Source: a virus (lineage: Duplodnaviria > Caudoviricetes). From it: DNA of 56,802 nt. The DNA lies in IMG/VR virus record IMGVR_UViG_3300049053_000110, positions 1 to 56,802 of that record. One strand, written 5' to 3'. Positions 27,237 to 38,000 of this stretch are shown here, piece by piece. The translations under genes were made by a program, and so were the position numbers. The notes under the pieces were generated by a model that saw nothing but the letters and a program-made list of their open reading frames with translations, made no database searches and had not been told where the DNA came from. Numbering within the stretch: position 1 is the first letter of the stretch; each line of letters begins with the position of its first letter.

Positions 27237-28276
27237 TCGACTACAAAAAATATGAAGAGCGACTTATCCGCAATATCCTCAAGCAACATGAGGCTGTCCG
27301 TGCTATATACGGGGAAGCCATCAATGAAATAACTTTCACCGCAGCTAAGTACACCTATAAAGGCAAGGTGTTCGACCTCAATAAATACCCTGCACTGAAA
27401 ATAAAAGTAGATACTGCATTAAAGCAAATGCATGGTAGTATCTACTCCGTTTCTGTCAATGGTATAAAAGAGTCGTGGGATTTAGGCAACGAGAAAAATA
27501 ATGTGCTGATCGATCAACGGCTCAAAGGCCGCTCTGTTACTCCAAAGGCAAAGCAAATCCTTTACGACCCGAACACCAGTGCATTAAAATCATTCACCAA
27601 TAGAAGGCGTGACGGCCTCGGCTTAAGCGATAGGGTATGGAAAGGCCTGAAGCCATTTAACAATGAGCTGGAGCATGGCCTTGCTCTCGGTATTGGCAAA
27701 GGTCAGTCAGCAAAAGAAATGGCGAGGGAATTACAGAAGCATCTTAAAAATCCAGATGAATTATTTCGCAAGGTCCGCAATGCAAAAGGCGAACTGGAAT
27801 TATCGCAAAGGGCAAAGAACTTCCACCCTGGCCGCGGTGTGTACCGTTCATCTTATCAAAATGCTTTGCGGCTCACAGCAAGCGAAACAAATATAGCATA
27901 TAGAACGAGCGATCATGAGCGGTGGAAAGTGTCGCCAACGGTTTCAGCTATTGAAGTAAAGCTCTCGGACGCTCACCCGACGAGAGATATTTGCGATCAC
28001 TTAGTTGGTAAGTATCCAAAGGACTATAAGCATGTAGGGTTCCACACAAGGTGTTTATGTTATGCTATTCCAATCCTTACTAGCGATGCAGATTTTGACA
28101 GGCAGTTAGATGCAATCTTTAATGATGAAGAGCCGGGCAATCCAATGAGTGTAAAGAAGGTGCCAGGCAATGCGACCAAGTGGATGAAGGCGAATGCAGA
28201 GAAGTTGCAAGGATATAAATCACTTCCTTATTTTATTCGTGATAATCCGCAGTATTATGGAAAGTATTTTGATTAA
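27233..28276 (+). CDS. Minor head morphogenesis protein (SPP1 gp7/Mu gpF-like)
   Basis: RL..SETNIAY, DICD, FHTRCLC motifs. Confidence 0.8.
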   Translation: MIDYKKYEERLIRNILKQHEAVRAIYGEAINEITFTAAKYTYKGKVFDLNKYPALKIKVDTALKQMHGSIYSVSVNGIKESWDLGNEKNNVLIDQRLKGRSVTPKAKQILYDPNTSALKSFTNRRRDGLGLSDRVWKGLKPFNNELEHGLALGIGKGQSAKEMARELQKHLKNPDELFRKVRNAKGELELSQRAKNFHPGRGVYRSSYQNALRLTASETNIAYRTSDHERWKVSPTVSAIEVKLSDAHPTRDICDHLVGKYPKDYKHVGFHTRCLCYAIPILTSDADFDRQLDAIFNDEEPGNPMSVKKVPGNATKWMKANAEKLQGYKSLPYFIRDNPQYYGKYFD

Positions 28277-28285
28277 GTTTGCTAT

Positions 28286-28690
28286 ATGAAATATACCAGA
28301 GAACAGGTGTCAAAGTTTAATGGCTATATTCCTAAAATGGAACCCATGCAAGAAGAAAAATTATCCACAGAAACACAATTGAACTGGAATGATATAAGAC
28401 TTAATAATCTTATTCAAAAGTATAATAGCGAAATAGTAAAAGCTGAATTGTGGATGTGGTTCGAGGATGGGTTTTCACCAATTCCTTTAACTCCTGAAAT
28501 ATTGGAGAAGGCGGGGTTTAAGAAACAAAGCAGCGGTTACAGAAGGCTAAATAACATCATACTTATGTATGATAATGATGATAATTGTTGGCTTCTAAAA
28601 GGTCATCCGTTTTTTAAATTTCAATCCCTACACCAACTCCAAAACCTTTATCATTCACTCACCGGCAAAGAGCTGGAAATTAACCTATAA
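28286..28690 (+). CDS. Hypothetical phage protein
   Basis: PIPLTPEILEKAGF..HQLQNLY motif. Confidence 0.65.
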   Translation: MKYTREQVSKFNGYIPKMEPMQEEKLSTETQLNWNDIRLNNLIQKYNSEIVKAELWMWFEDGFSPIPLTPEILEKAGFKKQSSGYRRLNNIILMYDNDDNCWLLKGHPFFKFQSLHQLQNLYHSLTGKELEINL

Positions 28691-28699
28691 GTTAAGTTT

Positions 28700-28993
28700 A
28701 TGGTTGTAAGCGCGGAAATAAAAAAACTGATAAAGGCAATTGTCAATTTTGATATATCTACATTAACAGCCATTAAACACGAGGCTGAGTTGAACTATAT
28801 AGCCGAATGCCTGAATACAGATAGGGAGAGCGTGACAAAATTTGTTCAAGAAAATAAAATCGGGTACGATGGCCTGAAACATTTTGCCGCAGCCATAGGT
28901 CGCTTTCCAACACAAGAAGAAATTAAGTTTATTCAAGCGGGCGTTACTCCATGGATGATTGATAGACTGATGCACGGTAAGCCTATAAGTTGA
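28700..28993 (+). CDS. Hypothetical protein
   Basis: ORF track. Confidence 0.55.
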   Translation: MVVSAEIKKLIKAIVNFDISTLTAIKHEAELNYIAECLNTDRESVTKFVQENKIGYDGLKHFAAAIGRFPTQEEIKFIQAGVTPWMIDRLMHGKPIS

Positions 28994-28996
28994 TCC

Positions 28997-29206
28997 ATGA
29001 CCTACCAACAAGCAAAAAATAATTTACCGGAGTACATTACAGAGCAGGTGTTCAATAAACTGGTGGCTATGTTTTCAAAGCATGGCATTAACAGCTATTC
29101 AATAGAGAGGGGAGTGCTTTTGTTTCATGTCGGGAATGGAAATATTTTCAACGTGTCATTTGATTCGGTAAAAAAGAATGAGAGCTTTATTCTATCCTAC
29201 ACCTGA
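28997..29206 (+). CDS. Hypothetical protein
   Basis: ORF track. Confidence 0.5.
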   Translation: MTYQQAKNNLPEYITEQVFNKLVAMFSKHGINSYSIERGVLLFHVGNGNIFNVSFDSVKKNESFILSYT

Positions 29207-29437
29207 ATCCTGACTATTATCAGCATACACCCACCCTACAGCTTCCACGTACACAAACTTCACATGCTTCTCTGATTGCGTTGGCACATCACGGTAAGGA
29301 ATGTAACACACCGTATCGCCAGGCTTTGCATATAGTTCGATATAGTCCTTAGCTCTCTCAGCTAGTTCCCATTCTTCAAATTCTCCCATACGGTGCAGCA
29401 TATCGTCAAAGTAAGCCTTTGTTTGTAAGTATCGCAC
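29192..29437 (-). CDS. Hypothetical protein, antisense to the late genes
   Basis: Fills an otherwise ORF-free gap; start may be an internal ATG. Confidence 0.5.
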   Translation of the reverse strand: MRYLQTKAYFDDMLHRMGEFEEWELAERAKDYIELYAKPGDTVCYIPYRDVPTQSEKHVKFVYVEAVGWVYADNSQDSGVG

Positions 29438-29445
29438 TACTTACA
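29424..29445. promoter_or_regulatory. Dyad site TGTAAGTA-N6-TACTTACA (copy 1)
   Basis: Perfect 8-bp IR upstream of the head operon; second copy at 41541. Confidence 0.6.
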
Positions 29446-29513
29446 CGGTTAAATTTTCTGCAAACAATCCCACACTATAGGTTTACAATCAAACTTAAAA
29501 GTTCTTTCCATTT

Positions 29514-30218
29514 ATGGCATTACTAGACAAGGTAAAGGCGCGACTGAAGGCTAAATACCCAGGCGTTGACTTATCCAAAAAAAGGCAAACCGCAATCGCG
29601 GCAAGACTTGCAAAAAAACTAAATGATGATTCAGAAGACAGCGAAGTCGATGAAGCGTTAGAGACTATTAATGAAATCACTCCTTTTATTGAAATAAAAA
29701 AGGATGATGACAGAGAGGCGTACTATAAGAAAAAACTTGAGGCCGCTTCTAAAAAAGGCTCTGATGAAATCGACGAGGAGGAAGAGGAACTTGAAGAAGG
29801 TTCTCCCACTTCGAAAGCTAAAAAACCAAAAACAAAGGATGACACTCCGGCATGGGCAAAAGCTCTTATGGAACGCTTGGAATCTGTTGAAAAGAAAAAC
29901 ACAGCAGCATCCATAGCAGAAAAGATAAATGCTCATCCAAAGCTTCAAGGCATTCCGGAAGCACGTCGAAAGATATTGCTGAAAGGGAAGTCTCAACCCG
30001 AAAAAGATGAAGATATTGATGCCTTCGTCGATGGAATTGAAGCGGACTACCTGGAGTTTAAACAATCCTTTGTTGACGAAGGCCTCGGCCAATCTTCTGC
30101 CACCATTTTAGGCCAGCAACAAAACAAAGAAGGCGTTTCGCTTGAGACAGCGCAATACATCGCTGCTAAAACCGATGCCTCTAAAGCTAGTGACTTAGGC
30201 GGGAAGAGACTTGAATAA
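29514..30218 (+). CDS. Capsid scaffolding protein
   Basis: Charged protein with PAWAKAL motif, upstream of the capsid genes. Confidence 0.7.
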   Translation: MALLDKVKARLKAKYPGVDLSKKRQTAIAARLAKKLNDDSEDSEVDEALETINEITPFIEIKKDDDREAYYKKKLEAASKKGSDEIDEEEEELEEGSPTSKAKKPKTKDDTPAWAKALMERLESVEKKNTAASIAEKINAHPKLQGIPEARRKILLKGKSQPEKDEDIDAFVDGIEADYLEFKQSFVDEGLGQSSATILGQQQNKEGVSLETAQYIAAKTDASKASDLGGKRLE

Positions 30219-30244
30219 TTCCTCACCACAAAAAAGCATGTTCC

Positions 30245-30820
30245 ATGCAAAATTATAAATCAACCGAGAGTGAAGTAGTTCTCGCGTTTACGAAGATTTT
30301 GGAAGATAGACCAGGTGGTATGACCGTTGCCGCGGCTAATCTTACGGCTGGTGATACAGTGAAGGCCGGCGCTATTGTCCGCAAAGACAGTAACGGGCTT
30401 TTTCATGTTATGAAAACTGCGGAACTGTATGCAAATGCTACTAACTCCGCGACAACGTACCAGGTAAAGAAAGGCCATCTATTTAAAGTAGGTGAATTTA
30501 TTGGCATCATCGGTGGTGTTTCCAAAACCATTACGGCAATAGATAGTACAACTAACACAACTCACGATGTGATTACTGTAGATGCTACTATCGGAACGGC
30601 CCTTACTGCCGGTGACGTGTTGGAGCAGGCTTCGTCTGCTTCAGCCACAAGCGCCCGCACGGGTACTCCTGTAGGTATGGTGGGAACTTCTTTGCTGATA
30701 ACAGCAAGTGATAACCACACCTCGCAGCTTGTGCTAAAAGGTACTGCCATCGCTGGCAATATACCTCCGGCAACAGCTACGCTGAAAGCATTGCTGCCTC
30801 AAATCACTTATGCTGTATAA
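30245..30820 (+). CDS. Head decoration protein
   Basis: Position between scaffold and MCP; Thr/Ala-rich beta protein. Confidence 0.6.
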   Translation: MQNYKSTESEVVLAFTKILEDRPGGMTVAAANLTAGDTVKAGAIVRKDSNGLFHVMKTAELYANATNSATTYQVKKGHLFKVGEFIGIIGGVSKTITAIDSTTNTTHDVITVDATIGTALTAGDVLEQASSASATSARTGTPVGMVGTSLLITASDNHTSQLVLKGTAIAGNIPPATATLKALLPQITYAV

Positions 30821-30879
30821 GCTTGAGTGTTTAAGGCATTAGTTGGAAACCAAAAATCTTAAAGCAAAAATCGTTCGTA

Positions 30880-31962
30880 ATGAAAAATTCATTAGTACAG
30901 GGGTTGAAAGAAAAGGACATGCAGGCGGTAGTTAATACCTACAACCTGAATGACTTCTTTTATCCTTCGATCTTCCCTTTGAAATTTACGCCTACCCTCA
31001 CGTGGAAATCACTTGAGGCTGACTTAGGCCTTCCCATTGCGGCAGATGTAGTTTCTTATGATGCTACAGCTCCCCGTAAAACCCGCAGGGTGATCAATCG
31101 CCTTTCCGGTGATATTCCCAAAATTGAAATTGCCCGCGATAAAAAAGAAAGCGAGCTCAATGAGTATTATGAGCTTTTGAACTATGCAAAAACCACCGAT
31201 GGCGCTCAAGCTATACTTGATTGGATTTATGAAGATGTGGAGTTTTGCTTCAAAGGTGTAAATGCCCGTTTGGAGTGGTTAGCTCTCCGTGCCCTTTCTA
31301 CTGGTAAAGTGACTTTGGATAAAGACAACAACAATGGTGTTGTTACCGAAACTGCAATTGACTTCATGGTGCCAACTGCTCAAAAGAGCGGCGTTACAAC
31401 CATTTGGTCAACGGCCGCAAGTGCTGATCCTGTTGCCAACATCAAAGCCAAACAAAAGCTTGCGAAAGCTGCCGGTTGGAGATTGGGTGTTGCCTACATG
31501 GACCAGGACACTTTTGACTACATGGTTGCCACCGAAAAGGTGCAAAAGGCCATGGCTTCATGGGCCATTGTTGCAGTGAGCGGACAAAGCGCACCTGATC
31601 TGGAAACGGTAAACAAATACATGGCTAAAAATGGTTTGCCCCGCATTATCATTATCGATAGCCAAATGCAGATTGAAAAGCAAGATGGTACTAAAACTAC
31701 TGTTACGCCTTTCCAGGCTGGTGTTGTTGCCCTCGTTCCTGAAGCAGTTTGCGGTAATACTTACCATGGTCCTTTGGCCGATGAGAAAGTAGAAAGCAGC
31801 ACTGCGCTTAAGGTTAAGCGTGGTCACGTGATGATCAAAAGATTTTCTCAGGAAGAGCCTTTGGTGGAAAGCACCAAGGCGATGGCTAATGCATTCCCTG
31901 TGTTTGCATCTGCCAAACGTGCGTACCTGATGGATGCGCTCAACACTTCCTGGACTTATTAA
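30880..31962 (+). CDS. Major capsid protein (lambda gpE-like)
   Basis: 360 aa; AADVVSYD, GDIPKI, RLEW..L.AL.TG, W..A.SADP motifs. Confidence 0.85.
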   Translation: MKNSLVQGLKEKDMQAVVNTYNLNDFFYPSIFPLKFTPTLTWKSLEADLGLPIAADVVSYDATAPRKTRRVINRLSGDIPKIEIARDKKESELNEYYELLNYAKTTDGAQAILDWIYEDVEFCFKGVNARLEWLALRALSTGKVTLDKDNNNGVVTETAIDFMVPTAQKSGVTTIWSTAASADPVANIKAKQKLAKAAGWRLGVAYMDQDTFDYMVATEKVQKAMASWAIVAVSGQSAPDLETVNKYMAKNGLPRIIIIDSQMQIEKQDGTKTTVTPFQAGVVALVPEAVCGNTYHGPLADEKVESSTALKVKRGHVMIKRFSQEEPLVESTKAMANAFPVFASAKRAYLMDALNTSWTY

Positions 31963-31987
31963 TATCGTTCCATTAGTTCTTTGAACT

Positions 31988-32296
31988 ATGACCAATAAAG
32001 AAGCTTTAGTTAGAGGCGTGTTATCGGGGTTTTCCGTTGATAGTTTCCAGGCAGATAAAGTCCTACTTGATGCCGGCGTTAATGGGGGAACCGAATATAT
32101 CGCCTCTAACGAAAAAGCCATTGATGAATGCGCTGTTAGGCTTTTATATAGTCATTGCATAAGTAGTGTTTCCGAGGGTGGTTATTCTATTTCTTACAGC
32201 AGGGAAGCAGTAGAAAATTTGATTAACAGGCTTTGCAACAAATGGGGTTTAGATAACCCGTTGCAGCCCACAATCAAAGCTATCAACCTATGGTAA
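31988..32296 (+). CDS. Head-tail connector
   Basis: Position; SVSEGGYSISY motif. Confidence 0.65.
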   Translation: MTNKEALVRGVLSGFSVDSFQADKVLLDAGVNGGTEYIASNEKAIDECAVRLLYSHCISSVSEGGYSISYSREAVENLINRLCNKWGLDNPLQPTIKAINLW

Positions 32297-32607
32297 GACA
32301 ATACCCAGATAGTATGAGTGTTACCACAAACCCAAACTCCACAAGAGACGGTGGCGGTAACTGGCAAAGTGGCGGTGCTCCAACTACAAAAACGTATGAA
32401 TGTAGGTACGAGCCCAACACTGGCAACAGGGTACTAATAGGCGAAGGAGGAAAAAAAATTGACTACTCGGGAACGGTGTACTTCAAATCATCCGATGTGC
32501 TCATTATCGGCCAACAGGTTACGGTTACGCTTCACAGTGGTTCCGTAATTAAAGGCTCGGTAAAAGGTTTTCATCCAGGGCAATTAAACTCTAGGTTATG
32601 GCTATAG
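32290..32607 (+). CDS. Head closure/adaptor protein
   Basis: Position and size. Confidence 0.55.
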   Translation: MVRQYPDSMSVTTNPNSTRDGGGNWQSGGAPTTKTYECRYEPNTGNRVLIGEGGKKIDYSGTVYFKSSDVLIIGQQVTVTLHSGSVIKGSVKGFHPGQLNSRLWL

Positions 32608-33050
32608 CAGTTGTACCAAAGTTTAATAAGGCCTATCTGGATAAGATCGCAAAAGAACACCTGGAGAAAATTGAAAAGGCCGTGTTGCTTGTGCTTCGAA
32701 GGGTTGGAGAGCAGTTTATACGGGATGCCCGAAATACGAAAACGTATAAGGACCAAACCGGAAACCTCCGCTCTTCCATCGGCTATGTAATTCTTAAAAA
32801 CGGTAAGCAGGTAGAGGGCTCTTTTGGTAGCAAATCAGTAGGGAAGCAAGCGGCAAAAGCAGCAATCGCAGAAGTGGCCAAGCAATACCCGAAAGGGTTT
32901 GCGCTCATTGGAGTGGCCGGTATGAGTTACGCTGCAGCAGTTGAGGCAAGGGGTTACGATGTAATTACAAATGCCTCTGATGCAGCCGCGGAACTTCTTA
33001 AAGAGCTAATGTCAAAAGTTGGTAAACGGGCGAGCAGATTACAGTTATGA
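32598..33050 (+). CDS. HK97 gp10-like neck protein
   Basis: DQTGNLRSSI and YAAAVE motifs. Confidence 0.75.
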   Translation: MAIAVVPKFNKAYLDKIAKEHLEKIEKAVLLVLRRVGEQFIRDARNTKTYKDQTGNLRSSIGYVILKNGKQVEGSFGSKSVGKQAAKAAIAEVAKQYPKGFALIGVAGMSYAAAVEARGYDVITNASDAAAELLKELMSKVGKRASRLQL

Positions 33051-33466
33051 GAACCACAATTGATGCAATAAATCTTCTTTACACACGGATTGCGGCAAGC
33101 GATCTGAAACTCGCCCTTACTGGTGATGTGTACAAAGAAGATGCGCCGATCAATATGAATGTTGAAAAGGAAAATGTTGTTATCAATGGGCTTGGGATAA
33201 ATAACGAGCAACTGCAAAAAGGAACATTCAATGTAAACATTTTTGTTCCCGACCTGGATATAACGGTTGAGGGCATAAGTCAGAAAGCGAGGAATGATGA
33301 ACGGTTCAAAGAATTAACCGACATAGCAATAGAAGTGGTAGATGAGTATTGGATGAGTGATTGCTATTTCACCGTACAGCAACATAACCTATTGTTTGAT
33401 GAAACACTCAAGCAGTGGTTTAGCAACATAAGAGTTGAATTTTATTCAGAAAATTTTAAAAATTAA
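33047..33466 (+). CDS. Tail terminator protein
   Basis: Position before the major tail gene. Confidence 0.6.
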   Translation: MRTTIDAINLLYTRIAASDLKLALTGDVYKEDAPINMNVEKENVVINGLGINNEQLQKGTFNVNIFVPDLDITVEGISQKARNDERFKELTDIAIEVVDEYWMSDCYFTVQQHNLLFDETLKQWFSNIRVEFYSENFKN

Positions 33467-33469
33467 ATC

Positions 33470-34234
33470 ATGGGCAAAAGAATACTTGGATTAGTAAGTA
33501 TCGAACTTGCTCCCATCGCAAGCGATGGCGGCATAGGCTCAAATTGGGAAGCACTCGGACTGACTGTTAAAGACTCTTGTGTATTTAATGAGTCAGACCC
33601 AACAAAGACAGAGTTTTTTGTTGAAGAAAACGAGGATCCTATTGAGTCGTTTGTATCGCAAAAAGGAGTTGATAGTATTAGCTGGTCAACCAACAATACA
33701 ACAGGTAGAGCAATGTACCTGCTTTTCGGAGGCACATTTACTGCCTATAAAACCATTGCAACTTTCGGCTCAATCACGGCAGGTTCCGGTTATACCAGCG
33801 CTGCTTATAAATCAGTTCCTTTAACTGGTGGTACTGGTACCGGCGCACTCGCTGATATCACTGTTGCCGGCGGGCTTGTTACCGTGGTAACGCTGGTGTA
33901 TGGCGGTGAAGGATATACTGTGTCTGATTCACTGAGCGCATCTACAGCTTACTTAGGTGCTGGTACTGGCTTTGCGATTCCTGTTGCTACCCTTAGCAAT
34001 GGCAGTGCAACGAAATCCACGTATGAGCCACCAAGCACACAGCCGGAAGTAGAAAAATCGCTGAAGATCACTGATAAGAAGGGGAACATCTTTGAATTTG
34101 TGCGTGTAAAATTCGCAGCAAAGAAAAACTTCTCTTTCCAGGGTACAAGGCTTGGAGCAATTGACATTGTAGCAACGGTTCTTACTCCGACAAAATCAGG
34201 AGTATCCAACTGGAAGGCTACCTATGCGAATTAA
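33470..34234 (+). CDS. Major tail tube protein with an inserted Gly/Thr-rich domain
   Basis: Position; EENEDP motif; central GSGYT repeats. Confidence 0.7.
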   Translation: MGKRILGLVSIELAPIASDGGIGSNWEALGLTVKDSCVFNESDPTKTEFFVEENEDPIESFVSQKGVDSISWSTNNTTGRAMYLLFGGTFTAYKTIATFGSITAGSGYTSAAYKSVPLTGGTGTGALADITVAGGLVTVVTLVYGGEGYTVSDSLSASTAYLGAGTGFAIPVATLSNGSATKSTYEPPSTQPEVEKSLKITDKKGNIFEFVRVKFAAKKNFSFQGTRLGAIDIVATVLTPTKSGVSNWKATYAN

Positions 34235-34260
34235 TCCATCTTCCTCCATAAAAATTCCAG

Positions 34261-34286
34261 GCGCCCCGATAACAAGGGGCGTTTTT
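34261..34286 (+). terminator. Terminator after the major tail gene
   Basis: CGCCCC..GGGGCG followed by TTTTT. Confidence 0.6.
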
Positions 34287-34302
34287 GCAAAAACGATTCT
34301 AC

Positions 34303-34863
34303 ATGCAGAAAGAAGAAATTTCCAAAGAAGAAATTCTCGAAAATGTTGCCAGTGCCATCACTGAGGAAACAATAAATTTTGATGTTGATGTCCGGGCGGA
34401 TGAAGAGGCTGGTTTTATTAAAAAGCTACTCAGAAAAAACAAAGCAACAAAGAGGTTTTTTGTTATCCGTCCGCTTACCATGGGCACGGCAATGCGTATT
34501 TCAAGGCTTATGATGAGGGTGAAGCCTGGACGGTTTGATTATAACGGCCTCATGGATGAAATGGGCAAGAGCAATGATAAAATGGCTGAGATACTTGCCC
34601 TTGCTGTTACCAACAAAAAGAAACTCCCTTCTCCAAAGATGATAGAGTTTTTTTTATTCAATGTGACAGCCGGAGAAATGCAGGCCCTTTGCTCCATGGT
34701 TATTAAACAAATGGGAGTCGAGGCTTTTTTGAATACTATCGTCTTAATGAGAGGCATCAACGCATTAGAGATAAGCAAGAAAGAAGCGGAGGAGCCGAAA
34801 GAAGAGACGAGCCCACAAGTCCCTGGGAATACGTTGGAGGTCTTGCAAAATCTTTTCGAGTAA
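34303..34863 (+). CDS. Tail assembly chaperone (gpG-like)
   Basis: Lies between the major tail and tape measure genes. Confidence 0.75.
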   Translation: MQKEEISKEEILENVASAITEETINFDVDVRADEEAGFIKKLLRKNKATKRFFVIRPLTMGTAMRISRLMMRVKPGRFDYNGLMDEMGKSNDKMAEILALAVTNKKKLPSPKMIEFFLFNVTAGEMQALCSMVIKQMGVEAFLNTIVLMRGINALEISKKEAEEPKEETSPQVPGNTLEVLQNLFE

Positions 34864-35024
34864 GCCCCGACTTTGTTCTTTGGAAAATGAGTTTTATAAA
34901 TGTCTGCATGTATGGTGCAACCATACCGATTCCAGAAATGCCGGAACCTGGCGAAGACAAAAAGGATAAAGATCAAGAGGTTGAAGGCCTTGGCGGGCTG
35001 AAGGACATTTTCGGAGGCGGTTAA
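34725..35024 (+). CDS. -1 frameshift extension of the tail chaperone (gpGT-like)
   Basis: Slippery T TTT TTG at 34725-34731; -1 frame open to TAA 35022-35024 (..SPWEYVGGLAKSFRVSPDFVLWKMSF..). Confidence 0.7.
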   Translation, partial: FFEYYRLNERHQRIRDKQERSGGAERRDEPTSPWEYVGGLAKSFRVSPDFVLWKMSFINVCMYGATIPIPEMPEPGEDKKDKDQEVEGLGGLKDIFGGG

Positions 35025-35036
35025 AAATTATAAACA

Positions 35037-38000
35037 ATGGGTGTAAACGTTCAAGGTAGTCCACTCGAATTTGAAGCGTACATAAAAAGCGATTCATACG
35101 AGGCACATATAAGAAGGCTGATTGCACAAACTTCGCAACTAACCGATGCAGCACAGAAGGAAGCCAATGTTATTGACAGCATTGTTAAGCGAACTACTTC
35201 CGCAATCGGCCTATATGCTTCTTTTGCTGTAGGCTCAAACTTTGTTGGCGAGGTGGCACGGGTGCGTGGCGAATTCCAGCAATTGGAAGTTGCTTTTACA
35301 ACCATGCTTGGTTCAAAGGAAAAGGCAGATAAGTTACTTGCAGAAGTAACAGAGTTTGCCGCAAAGACTCCTTTTGAACTTTCAGAAGTTGCCGCAGCCA
35401 CAAAACAATTACTTGCTTTCGGGATCTCCGCAGACAAAATAAAAACTACACTAAAAAGCCTGGGTGATATTTCCGCAGGTATTGGCGCTCCCATTGGAGA
35501 AATTGCTTACCTGTTCGGAACGATCAAAACGCAAGGTGTTGCACTTACTCAAGATGTAAGGCAGTTTGCTACCCGCGGTATTCCAATTTATGAGGAGCTG
35601 GCAAAAATATTAGGTGTTGCTGTTGAAAAAGTTGGCGACTTCATTACTGCCGGAAAAGTTGGTTTCCCTGAAATAGAAAAAGTATTTCAGAACCTTACGG
35701 CCAACGGTTCCAAGTTTGGCGGGCTGATGGAGGCGCAGGCAAAAACTATTACCGGCCTTCAATCGAATTTCCGTGATGCTGTGGATAGGATGCTTAATGA
35801 TATTGGCAAAAGCCAGGAAGGAATAATTGCCAGCGCCATAAAAACCGCCACGGCTTTCGTTGAGAATTATGAAAAGGTGCTCGACATTTTGAAAGTGTTA
35901 GTGATTACGTACGGTGCCTACAAAGCAGCTATCATTGCCCACAATGCCGTTACTGCTATTTCTACCGCACTAACTAAAGGATGGACAATTGCAGAAATAT
36001 TGCGCTTCAACGCAATGAGAGCAAGTGCGGGGGCCATGCGGTTACTAAATGCTACTATGCTTGCTAATCCTGCCGTTGCTGTTGCGACCGGCGTGGCCTT
36101 ATTAGTTAGCGCACTGGTAGTTTTTGGGCGTACTGCAGATAGCGTGAAAAGCAAAGCCGAATTATTGGCTGATGCGCAAAAAAATGTTGGCGATAAGTTC
36201 GAAGAGCAGCAGGTTAAGATTAAGGCTTATGTAGAAACCCTTAAAGCGGGTAACACTACAGAAGATCAGCGTTTAAATATTTACAATAAGCTAAAAGAAA
36301 TTAATCCTGAGATTGTAAAAGGCTACGATGCTAAAACCAACTCCGTTCAAATCCTTACCGCCAATGTAAACAAATATCTGGAGGCTCTAAGAAAACAAAT
36401 TGCACTTGAGGCAAACGATGAAGCATTGCAAGCTTCCATTAAGCAGGAGAATGCATTAAAGAAAAGGATTAAAGGGTTGAATGACGCTGTAAAAGACTTG
36501 GCTGCTAATAAAGGTAAGTTCGACAAATCCGATCCGTATGGGCTAACTCAATTATTAGCGCCCGGACAAACAAAGTCTGCTATTTCTCAATTGGAGCAAC
36601 AGTTGAAGGGTCAGCAAAAAGTAACACAGGAGCTTGCCCAGGAAGGAGCTGCCACGGCTGCGCAAGGCGAAACAACAAAGCAGGAAGCAAAAAAACGCAC
36701 CATTGCCGTTATTGATGAAGAAATTTCTGCATTAAAAAAGCAACAGAAAGAAGAGTCCGATACTAAGGAAAAAAGAATTGCCTTTGATAAAAAAATTGCA
36801 GCACTAGAAGCAGAGAGGGCAAAGATTGTCGGCGAGTCGAAAAGGGAAATTGCAGCAGCCAACGCGCTTGAAAGCAAAACCAACGCACTTCTCGAACAGC
36901 GAAAAAATTTATTGGAAAAAATTGCAGGACTGAAGCGGGGCTCTGATCAATCCGGATTGATTAAAGAACAATCGGAGCTGGATAAGATCAATGAAAAATA
37001 CGATGCTGCCATCCAAAATGTTGTTGACTACAACCAAAAGGTTGCCGAGTTCAATAAGAAAAATAAAACCAGTGTGCAGGGTGTTGGCCAAGTAGATATT
37101 AATGCACTCAATGAAGCCCGCAACCGTGAACTTCAAAACACAAGGCTTAAAGATGATGCTGACAGATACCTTAAAAATCTTGATAACCAAAAGCGGATTT
37201 TCGAACAATTCGAAGAGGCTAAAAAGCAAATCGGCATTGAGAAAGCAAATGAGCTGTTTAATGAGCAAACCAAAAATTTGCAATCCTACGGCGAGTTTTT
37301 GCAAAACGAACTTGCTAAGATCACACCAAAGATTGTATTAGGCATTGCAAACATTGGCGACCTGCAACGGTTGAAAGGATTGTCCGATGCACTGAAAAAA
37401 TTTAATGAGGAGCGGGCGCAGGAAGAGCTTAAAAACATATCAAACCTTGTTTCAGCAACCCTTTCTTATAATTCTCAGCGAACCCTTATTAATGAGCGAT
37501 ACAATCAGCTTGAGTTGCAGTTGGACAAGGCTAAGGGGAAGGGGATCATTAAGAATCATGAAGCAGTAAAAGAAGCTTTGAAAAAAGGAAGGGCCGACGA
37601 GCTGGAGGCTCTTGAAAATTCTCTTATAAGGCAATCTGACCTTTATAAAAAACTAGGCACTGATATAATTGGATTTTCCAGGGAAAGACTGAAGCAGCAA
37701 ATAAAAGATTTGAGAGAGCAACTTAGGTCCGGCATTTTTACTGATGCGGAAGGTAAACAGCAGTCTCTTAGCCCGGAGCTCATAAAAGCAGTAGAGGCCG
37801 AGATTGAAAGGTTAAACAGTTTGCTTCAAAGCACTTCTGAAATTTTAGGCCTTTCTGTTACTGAATTAAATAAAATAGCTGCCGATGCCGCAAAACTATC
37901 AGGAGTTTTTTCAACGCTGGCTGAGTCGGTAGAACCTTTAAACAAAAATTTATCTACCACTCTTTCACAAATCGGCCAGGTGGTGAACCTGGCGGGCACT

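Noticed and set aside
33590-33624. TGAGTCAGA in the major tail gene (also GAGTCA at 49061)
   Set aside because: Internal and out of frame; the 33592 frame has only 10 codons and there is no leader. The scan was manual, so other copies may have been missed.
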